DNA of 64,000 nt, from positions 282,534,001 to 282,598,000 of the forward strand of contig OZ024742.1 of the NCBI GenBank assembly GCA_964016885.1. Reading direction: 5' to 3'. Below, piece after piece: positions 54,020 through 64,000 of this stretch (its first letter is position 1; the number at the start of each line of letters is the position of its first letter). The DNA comes from Eledone cirrhosa. Taxonomy: Eukaryota. Made by a program: the position numbers and the translations under genes. Under the pieces are notes generated by a model, which saw only the letters and a list, made by a program, of their open reading frames with translations, searched no databases and was not told the DNA's origin.

Positions 54020-54680
54020 CAAAAACACGGGGTGTGCAAAATTTCAGCTCAATCGGACAACTGTTAGGCGACCCTCAAACGCCTTGAAGTTGGAACATAA
54101 TATACGCAACGATTAATTCTGTTCAAAAGCGGTATACTATATCGATCATTTTCTTTTTTTCTTCTTAGATAAATTTATCTGAACACATCCAGGCAACCCC
54201 AGCAAATGTTTAAAAACGTTCTGAATCAAATTTACCAATAGTTAATTTGAAAAGTTCCATGAAAAACTGAAGAAATATTAGGTTTTCTTAAAGCACACAA
54301 CTTCTATAAGAGCAACGCATTTTTATTTACAACAATAATTTCTATAGAATCAAAAACATAATGTGAACACTGAACACTGAATATTGAACATTATTTTTGC
54401 ATAAGACAGGATTTAGTGGCAGTTGGGTATGTTTTACGGTTTTCGGTAACGTTCTGTAAAACAAATTGTTTCTCAATTTCATCTTTTGTGAGAATGTTAG
54501 TGTAATCCTGAATGACACCTCTTTCTGCAACATCATTCACAACTATCATCTCAATTTTTCAAGTCCACTTATGTAACCAGGATCATCTTTCCATGTTGAA
54601 GGGTCTTTGTCGAGGAAATCGATGTGGATAAAAAATCTCGTGAAGAAAGTTTTTGTACCAGGAGTTACAAAAGACGAAAA
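54020..54680 (-). pseudogene. DNA transposase C-terminal remnant (hAT-like; assignment uncertain)
   Basis: FLDKDPSTWKDDPGY then, frameshifted, VVNDVAERGV..ILTKDEIEKQFVLQ. Confidence 0.5.
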
Positions 54681-55055
54681 CTCGATGTTTGCGAAGGAAG
54701 AAAAGTCATTTTGGTGCAGAATGTACCTCTTCAGTTGATTTTTTTCTTCTTCCCCTTCTTCACCTTTGTCTGCTTCCAGCATAACTTGAGCAATATTTGT
54801 CTTAACCTTACCTTGCTCTCCTTTAATCCTTGCTCTCCTTTTATCCTTGCTCTCCATTTCGCCTTGCTCTCCTTTTCTCATTGCTCTATTTGCTCTCCTC
54901 TTCTCATTGCCCTCATTGCTCTCCTCTTCTCCTTGTATCTATGTACTTGTTTATATACAAATACAACGAGAAAAGGGGAGCAAGGAGAAATATGAAAGCA
55001 AGAATAGTAAGGAGAGTATATATATACATATTATATATATATATATGTATACACA

Positions 55056-55125
<70 letters not shown>

Positions 55126-55173
55126 TATGTATGTATACGTACATACATATATGTATACAGACGTACAGTAGTA

Positions 55174-55223
<50 letters not shown>

Positions 55224-55586
55224 CATACAGGTACACATATATATATATGTACGTATCAGTTTAGCGGACGTTTATTATAACGCCCGCTTTGTCCGTTTGT
55301 AAACAAACGGACAGCCTGATTTATGCCGTACGGTATTAAGGCAACCACGTCACCTTTTTGTTCAACACTGACACAGGAACGATGTACTAGTTTCAAGCTT
55401 CTTAGCTATCATCACCACCGTATACCCTTCTGCCAGATGGTTGAACGTTCGAAATTATATACTTTCCTTATGAAAATTAACTAGTTTCAAGCTTTTTAGC
55501 TATATGCAAATTAGGCTGCTCAGCCGTTAATTTTCATAAGGAAATTATATACTTTCGAACGTTCAACCATCTGGCAGAAGGGTATA

Positions 55587-55627
55587 TGGTGCTGATGATA
55601 GCTAAGAAGCTTGAAACTAGTACATCG
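55587..55627 (+). ncRNA. Minimal type-I hammerhead ribozyme motif
   Basis: tggtg CTGATGA t agct-aaga-agct t GAAA ctag TA catcg. Confidence 0.8.
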
Positions 55628-55778
55628 TTCCTGTGTCAGTGTTGAACAAAAAGGTGACGTGGTTTCCTTAACACCGTACGGCATAAATTCAGGCTGTCCG
55701 CTTGTTTACAAACTGACAAAGCGGGCGTTATAATAAACGTCCGCTAAACTGATACGTACATATATATATGTGTACCTG

Positions 55779-55834
<56 letters not shown>

Positions 55835-56070
55835 TACTACTGTACGTCTGTATACATATATGTATGTACGTATACATACATACTTACATTTAAGTAAGTG
55901 CCGTACTAAGAGTGAGAAATGAAATTTCGTTTCATCCTATTTCGACTTATCGTTTTCGGTGCGCCTGGCCGACTGAACTCACTCGATATGCACATTAGGC
56001 TGCTCAGCCGTTAATTTTCATAAGGAAAGTATATAGTTTCGAACGTTCAACCATCTGGCAGAAGGGTATA

Positions 56071-56111
56071 CGGTGCTGATGATAGCTAAGAAGCTTGAAA
56101 CTAGTACATCG
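56071..56111 (+). ncRNA. Minimal type-I hammerhead ribozyme motif
   Basis: cggtg CTGATGA t agct-aaga-agct t GAAA ctag TA catcg. Confidence 0.8.
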
Positions 56112-56261
56112 TTCCTGTGTCAGTGTTGAACAAAAAGGTGACGTGGTTGCCTTAACACCGTAGTGCATAAATCAGGCTGTCCGTTTGTTTACAAACGGAC
56201 AAAGCGGGCGTTATAATAAACGGCCGCTAAACTGATACGTATATATATATATGTGTACCTG

Positions 56262-56297
<36 letters not shown>

Positions 56298-56736
56298 TAC
56301 TACTGTACGTCTGTATACATATATGTATGTACGTATACATACATACTTACATTTAAGTAAGTGCCGTACTAAGAGTGAGAAATGAAATTTCGTTTCATCC
56401 TATTTCAACTTATATATATATATATATTACTCAATACCGAGTACTCATTTCAAATATAATGGGGAAGTTGCCTTCCCCATTATATTTATTGTCACTTATC
56501 CTTCTAATAACAAGAATAAGTCTGAACAAGTTTTTAATTTAAGAGAAAATTATATACGAGATGAAGAAATTTTATCTGAAAGAAATGACTTTCCGGACGA
56601 AAACTTCAAAATTTCACGGTCCGTGAGGGTCACCTTGCAGTTGCCTGCTTGAGCTAAAACTTTGCATATTTCGTTGTTTTTTTTTGTTAATTGTAATAAG
56701 ATAGAGGGGTGGGAACTAAACTTTTAGAAAGTTGAA

Positions 56737-56795
<59 letters not shown>

Positions 56796-57500
56796 TATAT
56801 AGATATATATTATATATATATTATATATATATATATATGCGTATAGATACAGACACACATACATAGCACAATTGTATGTACATTGTATCATTGCTAATCA
56901 TAAAACTGATGATTAATCATGTGAAAGCGAGCATTTGACAACAATATCTATGAAACTGATAATTTCTTGAATTTTTCTATTAATACCATGCATTAACATT
57001 TATAAATTACGTTAACGTTTACATACTAATATGATATTACACTCAAGTAACTATATGTATAGTTAATAAATGAAACAAACAAAACACAGGAGGCAATTTT
57101 TACAGTTATAAGGTTCACGCTTGGTGGAAGTGGAGGATATGTGATCATCAACATCATCATCAACGAATTAAGTTAGGTTTGCAAATATATATATATATGT
57201 GCGTGTGCGTGTGTGTGTGTGTCTGTGTGTGTGTGTGTGTGTGTGTATACATATAACTCACCTAAATATGCTTGAAATATTTCATTTTGATTATTGAATA
57301 CTTAGCTTCTAAGAACTAACAATTTCAGGAATATGTGTGTATGACTATATACAAACATGTGTTTGATTATGTACACTGCGCATGTTTATGTATGAGTACA
57401 AATCTATCACTTTTCCTATGTAAATAGAAAAGTACGCTATATCAAGTGAAAAATGAAAGTTTAAATAGATTAAACGTCACATGTGTATTTATGGTTGTGT

Positions 57501-57627
<127 letters not shown>

Positions 57628-57902
57628 TATAATATACAATATATATACATATATATAATATACAATAACACAGACACACATGATGTTTGTATATGATTGT
57701 GTATAAGTTTGTGCCTGATTGTGTATGTGTGTGTGTGTATGTGTGTATGTGTGTATGTGTCTCTATATGTGTGTATATGAGTAAATGTGTCTGTCTATTC
57801 TCATTAATACTGAACTTCAATAGCATTCACCAAAGACAAGTGCCAGTTGCTAACTGGACGATCGATAAGACTAGCTTTTATTGAAATGCAGCCAAAAATA
57901 CA

Positions 57903-57926
57903 AATAACAACAACAATAATAATAAC

Positions 57927-57987
<61 letters not shown>

Positions 57988-58081
57988 GTAATGAAGTAAA
58001 AACAATCAAAAATGGATAAATATGTTGAGAATCAAATGCTGAATATATCGGTAAAGAGCATAAGATTAATAATAACAGTAG

Positions 58082-58150
<69 letters not shown>

Positions 58151-58229
58151 CAACAGTAGTAGTAGCAGTAGTAGTAGTAGTAGTAGTAGCAGCAGCAGTA
58201 GCAGCAGCAGCAGCAGTAGTTGTAGTATC

Positions 58230-58285
<56 letters not shown>

Positions 58286-58298
58286 CAGCAGCAGTAGT

Positions 58299-58335
<37 letters not shown>

Positions 58336-58340
58336 ACAAC
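57903..58340 (+). repeat. (AAT)n and (TAG/CAG)n microsatellites
   Basis: Direct inspection. Confidence 0.95.
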
Positions 58341-58496
58341 ATGTAAATTATAATAACATCTCTTCAAATAATAATAGATATATTAATATTTGAAATGAAC
58401 TGCTAACATTAATAATAGTATTTACAATACTGAACGTTAAAGTCAAATGATAATGTTAATAATAACCTTGGCATGAATAAGGATATTATTAATAAT

Positions 58497-58860
58497 GCTT
58501 TCTTTATTAACCACAAGGGTTTACATAAAGTAGACATTAAGGACAGTACAGGACAATACAGGACGGTACAAATGGCCATTTATGCGTGTAAAAAACAAAA
58601 GCAGAGGATGTAACAAAAAAAATAACAATGAAAAATTCCCCAATAGGGGGGAGACTTCCGAGGGACATTCGTGGAGAAAGCCCATTAAAAAGCGACCCTG
58701 ACCACCAGGGCAAGTGCCCTCTCCCAGTTTTCCACCTTTAATTCACAGACACATACTCAGAGTAGGCCCATTCATTCGGGCCATACTTGCTTCTCTCACC
58801 CATCTTTCAACAAAATGCTGGGAAGAGAGCACTTCCCTCTCTACCCTGATTTTCCTTTTT
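58497..58860 (-). mobile_element. 5'-truncated Tx1-like copy (ORF2 end + 3'UTR) with TSD
   Basis: KIRVEREVLSSQHFVERWVREASMARMNGPTL matches the copy 2 ORF2 end. TTATTAATAAT at 58486-58496 and 58859-58869. Confidence 0.8.
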
Positions 58861-59193
58861 ATTAATAATAGTAATGCTATTAATAATTATGAATAATAAA
58901 AGTATTGATATTGAATCTAATTCGAATAATAAAGAAGTTGATGAACACGATAATGATGTTGCTAATAGCGAACTAGGTATACATACATATACACATTCCC
59001 ACACCCACACAACCTCCACGTATTGCTGTAGTTAGTATTTTATCACTCTAGCAAATTTAGTCCTTACGATTCGAACACATGTATATTTATATTAGTGTTC
59101 ATCTCTCTTGTTTATTCAATTATATTGTACGGCTCGGAAAAGCTTTTTTCTTAGAGCTATTTAATTGTAAGAGACTACTCTGAGTTCTTAACT

Positions 59194-59261
<68 letters not shown>

Positions 59262-59266
<5 letters not shown>

Positions 59267-59462
59267 GAAGGAGTTGTGGTAAGGAACCAGATGGACCATA
59301 ACGCACCAGAGTACTCAATACTTAGGGTAGTAGAGTGGGTAATAGGAGAAAGTTTGACCTCGACGGCAGAGCTCAAGCTGTTTCGACGGCTATTTCTGGA
59401 CTTTAAGTCCAGAAATAGCCGTCGAAACGGCTTGAGCTCTGCAGTCGGGGTCATACTTTCTC
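59262..59462 (-). mobile_element. Fold-back element family F1, copy 3
   Basis: Palindrome 59346-59462 centred on 59404; tail on the left; TA flanks. Confidence 0.85.
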
Positions 59463-59466
59463 ATAT

Positions 59467-59507
<41 letters not shown>

Positions 59508-59667
59508 TCTAAAGTCTGTCTTAAGCCAGAAGGCTCATTTGGCCGGTGCTTATCCCGGTTTCATGGTTTCATGGCATGAAGTGACTGAGAGTACAAGACT
59601 TCCCTCTGGAGCAACGTGAAATGAACTGTTTTGCTCAAGAACACGACAAGCAACCCAGGAATCGGAC

Positions 59668-59734
<67 letters not shown>

Positions 59735-59817
59735 ATACCTACATGCATACACACATACATAAATACATATACATACATACATACATACATACATACATAC
59801 ATACATACATACATACA

Positions 59818-59846
<29 letters not shown>

Positions 59847-59848
<2 letters not shown>

Positions 59849-60359
59849 TGGCTGAAAGTCTGCTAACAGTATTGCAATCGCTTGTCAGATTATAGAGTCT
59901 GGTGCATATTGAGGCTACGGCCAGCCACACGAACCTGTAACAGATCCTGAACAAGCAATGTGGTTTGAAGGTTTTTAAATGTGGAAAGGCCTTGCACTCG
60001 ACCCATCCCACTTTCTGACCATCGAAAATACTACCCCAAAAGGAGAACTGGTCAACATCATCGGATACTTCCGAAGCTGCAGTTTTTTCACTGAGTTTCC
60101 ATGTCTGAGGAAGGTGTTGTGACGAGAACTGGGGGCCTTTCACTCCCAGGTGAAAAAAAAACAAAACTACTGTTTGGATGACCGTTGACTGCTGGGTTCC
60201 TCCGCCCTTCACCGGGTCTTGTATTTTATCCCGCAGGGTGTCTAAATATCACCCTCCTCACCAAGCGAGCTTGGGGTTGCCAGTTTAGTGGCCGACGGCC
60301 CGACCATGAGACAGGTTGTACAGGGTTACATGTTACCAGTAGCACCCGAGAGTGACCTG
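59847..60359 (-). mobile_element. Short (TACA)n-flanked element B, diverged relative of element A
   Basis: Reverse-complement 5' end caggtcac..gtgctactggtaacatgta..acaacctgtctcatgg..ctaaactggcaacccc is shared with 30673. Confidence 0.8.
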
Positions 60360-60507
60360 ACATACATACATATACCTAGATATCTATATACATACATACA
60401 TACATATACCTAGATATCTATATACATACATACGTAAATACATACATACATACATACATACATACATACATACATACATACATACATACATACATACATA
60501 CATACAT

Positions 60508-60808
60508 GGTGGCTGCCAACTCGTTTTCGAGTACGGCCACTACTTTATATCCATGTAGGAGAACCCCTACCGATGCGCTAAACGAGTGTGACTTTTTAGT
60601 CCAGCCAGCGTCTTGAAAACTCTGGTACAAACACTACACTTGTGACAATTATTGACACATAGTGCTGGGCCCATGGTACCATGTGACGACAAGTGCAGAG
60701 AGATCTCCAGATATAAAGCAATGCCTGTGCCGTGAAGCTTTTATAGTGAGCAAAGGCACTAAACAAAGCCAGTCCCACTCTCTTAACAAAGAGAGTGGGA
60801 CTGGCTTT
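60508..60808 (-). mobile_element. 5'-truncated copy of element A with terminal hairpin
   Basis: Near-identical to the reverse complement of ~31000-31278; 20-bp inverted repeat at 60765-60808. Confidence 0.85.
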
Positions 60809-61392
60809 ACATACATACATACATATATACCTACATAACTATATACATATATACAGATGCGAATGTAGAATTTATTCAGATTTACCCATGTTACTACATT
60901 CATTAAAATCAAACGGTAAAGAACAAAACCAAACAACTCAATTCAAAATAATCCTTCAGTGAAAATATTATTCCACAGATCTTAAGTCCACGCCGTTAGC
61001 ATACAATATTTCCGTAGTTGATGTTTATTTCTCACTTTTGTCCTACTTCCTCTTCATCTATTTCCTCTTGTTTTCGTTTTTTTTTTTTCATTTTCTCTTT
61101 CTAATTCTTTTTTTATTTCTGTTGTTTTTTCTCTTCTTTGTTTGTTTGTCTTTTTGTTACAGATACTTTTATTCAAAACCCCTCACCAGCCACCTAAATA
61201 TTAACAACAATTTCGTCGACATCATCAGCGTTAGCAGAATCTGCGTTAACATCGACGTCGGCGCCATTACATCCATCGTTTCATATGTTTTGCACCTCTC
61301 ACTATTTTCCTCAACATTAACAGCAATGCCGTCGACAACATCGCCATTAGTAGATTGAACATCAATACTGATGTTACTGTAGGCGCCATAGT

Positions 61393-61910
61393 TGTGTGTG
61401 TGTGTATTTGTGTGTTTGTGTGTTTGTGTATTTGTGTGTTTGTGTGTTTGTGTGTTTGTGTATTTGTGTGTTTGTGTATTTGTGTATTTGTGTATTTGTG
61501 TATTTGTGTATTTGTGTGTTTGTGTGTTTGTGTATTTGTGTATTTGTGTGTTTGTGTGTTTGTGTGTTTGTGTGTTTGTGTGTTTGTGTATTTGTGTGTT
61601 TGTGTGTTTGTGTGTTTGTGTGTTTGTGTGTTTGTGTGTTTGTGTATTTGTGTGTTTGTGTGTTTGTGTATTTGTGTATTTGTGTATTTGTGTGTTTGTG
61701 TGTTTGTGTGTTTGTGTGTTTGTGTGTTTGTGTGTTTGTGTATTTGTGTATTTGTGTATTTGTGTATTTGTGTGTTTGTGTGTTTGTGTATTTGTGTGTT
61801 TGTGTGTTTGTGTATTTGTGTATTTGTGTATTTGTGTGTTTGTGTGTTTGTGTATTTGTGTATTTGTGTATTTGTGTATTTGTGTATTTGTGTATTTGTG
61901 TATTTGTGTG
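61393..61910 (+). repeat. 8-bp satellite (TTTGTGT[A/G])n
   Basis: Direct inspection. Confidence 0.97.
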
Positions 61911-61957
61911 CACGCGTGTTATATATATATATATACATATATACATATATATATACA

Positions 61958-62002
<45 letters not shown>

Positions 62003-62199
62003 CTGCATGTGTGTATATACGCTTATGTGGACGCGTGAATGTTGTAGTGTGTCTGTCTCTGTGTGGTGTGTCTATATGTATGTATGCACACATGTATATC
62101 TCTATGTGTGTCTGTATGTGTGTGTGTGTGTGTGAACATGCGTGTGAGTACATGTGAGTTAAAGTGTGTGTGTGTGTCTGTCTGTATGTTTGTTTGTGA

Positions 62200-62258
<59 letters not shown>

Positions 62259-62601
62259 TGTGTGCATGTATGTGTGTGAAAGTGTGTGTGTGTCTGTCTG
62301 TATGTTTGTTTGTAACAGTGTGTGTGTGTGTGTGTGTGTGTGTTATAATGAGCGTAGAAGCAACAGCAACAGCAACAACAACAACATAGCAATGTTTAAT
62401 GACTGCAGGTTTGAAACAACGTAAATGACCGCCGGTCTTTGTGTTTGCTTTCAATAGGCTTCCCTTTTTTTTTTCATCGTTGAATTAAATTTGTCCACAT
62501 ATGTTCGCTTTTGTATTGTATATTTCTGGTGGTGTTGTATACACCACTCTCATCTGCTCTCTCTTGATGTAGTATTCTTTCTCTCACCCCCACCCACCCC
62601 G

Positions 62602-62635
<34 letters not shown>

Positions 62636-63379
62636 CTATCTTTTTCTCACTCTGGCTCATACTGCGTGTGCATATTAAATGTATATACATATATACATTT
62701 ATACATACATACATACATACATACATACATACATACATACATACATACATACATACATAAATATGCATATATATATATATGTATGTATATATATATATAT
62801 ATACATTTATCTTTCTTTCTGTCGCTTTCTCAGCGAGGAAAATTAACACAAGAGAATAATAGGATTAACGCTTCTATATCGTAGGAGAGTCTTAACGTTT
62901 CGAACGATAGTCCTTCATCGGTAGAGAGAAGGAGAGAGAAAAGAAAGCATAGAAGAATAGACTTAGGTAAGAATAGGAAGAAACGGGAAAAGACTTTTAC
63001 AAACACAATGCCCCAAATGTCGGTGTGCGTGTGTGAGTATATATATATATATGTCTTACTCGCACATGTATTCACCCAGCTTATACTGACAGAATAACCA
63101 TGTTGCTTGTGTTTCTTTCTATCTTCGGTTAGCTTTCCCCTGTGTTGTTTACTTGTCTCACTCGCTTTACGCGTTTCAATTGTCCTAATAACTTATTTTA
63201 GTTATTCTCGCACCAATGTGAGGTATATGATTTTTAATGCGATGAAATACCAATGATCGTTGGCAAATCACTGATGAGGGACTCATTTTATAACATGTTA
63301 TCCATGTACAACCATGCAGTATTCTTCTCCCCATATTTTTCACATATATATATTTATATATATATATATATATATATGT

Positions 63380-63429
<50 letters not shown>

Positions 63430-63599
63430 TCTATTATCGATTTTTTATCGTATGGTTGATTTTAGACTTGTTCTATGTGTGACGGTATTTTAACGATAGT
63501 TATAGCTCTGATTCATCTGAATTATTGAGCACTCTGCCGCTCATTTCGAATATTGTTTATCGTGAACTCGTGCGCCGATTTTTCGATACTCGATCTTTC

Positions 63600-63649
<50 letters not shown>

Positions 63650-63671
63650 GGAAAATTTGAACAGGAACAAC

Positions 63672-63710
<39 letters not shown>

Positions 63711-63795
63711 TAAAAGGAATTTCAACTTTGCCTGATTTACTCGTTTTATTTACAATCCTTTAAAATTTATAATGGTATTAGAATGAAATAGTATG

Positions 63796-64000
63796 GTAGA
63801 ATATTAAATGTTAAGTGTTAATTGAACAAGTACTTTCATGCTTTCGCAATCTTCAGGTTCATAATGTGTGGTGACAGTCAAGTTTGAAATTTTCAACAGT
63901 TGAAAATTGCAAACTTGACTGTCACCACACATTATGAACCTGAAGATTGCGAAAGCATGAAAGTACTTGTTCAATTAACACTTAACATTTAATATTCTAC
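63796..64000. mobile_element. Palindromic element with two divergent hammerhead motifs (extends to window end)
   Basis: Near-perfect palindrome centred on 63898; hammerhead motifs at 63823-63861 (-) and 63935-63973 (+). Confidence 0.8.
63935..63973 (+). ncRNA. Minimal type-I hammerhead ribozyme motif
   Basis: tgaac CTGAAGA t tgc-gaaa-gca t GAAA gtac TT gttca. Confidence 0.7.

Larger units (their letters stand above)
55122..56412 (+). mobile_element. Hammerhead-bearing tandem element: one inverted + two direct units (retrozyme/Penelope pLTR-like)
   Basis: Inverted unit 55122-55481; direct units ~55504-55950 and ~55987-56412; (TA)n flanks. Confidence 0.85.

Noticed and set aside
54812-54990. 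Repeated ttgctctcct motifs with one inverted copy
   Set aside because: Probably decayed internal repeats of the neighbouring DNA transposon remnant; no further structure
56452-56487. 16-bp-arm hairpin aaatataatggggaag..cttccccattatattt
   Set aside because: Isolated and short, with no homolog in the window

Overview
Eukaryotic, microsatellite-saturated non-genic DNA; the repeat and SINE content looks like an octopod cephalopod, which is an inference. No host gene exon could be supported, and most ORFs in the track are microsatellite artefacts. The window is a mosaic of mobile elements sitting in specific simple repeats. (1) Three divergent Tx1/L1-like non-LTR retrotransposons lie in (GATA)n, all in the same orientation, with further short fragments elsewhere. 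(2) A 5'-truncated RTE element and short non-autonomous RTE derivatives lie in (TATG)n. (3) R4/Dong-like (RLE-type) fragments lie in the same (TACA)n tracts on the opposite strand. (4) There are also a non-autonomous Helitron, MITEs, tRNA-SINEs, an interstitial telomeric tract and several minisatellites. The most interesting signal is a set of unrelated, non-coding elements, mostly embedded in (TA)n, that carry minimal type-I hammerhead ribozyme motifs (CTGANGA-stem II-GAAA-palindromic stem III-TH). They are consistently arranged as divergent fold-backs, and two of them are tandem or terminally redundant monomers (484 and 591 nt). They are candidate retrozyme / non-autonomous Penelope-like circular-RNA elements. 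All structures were read by eye; no folding program or database search was run.
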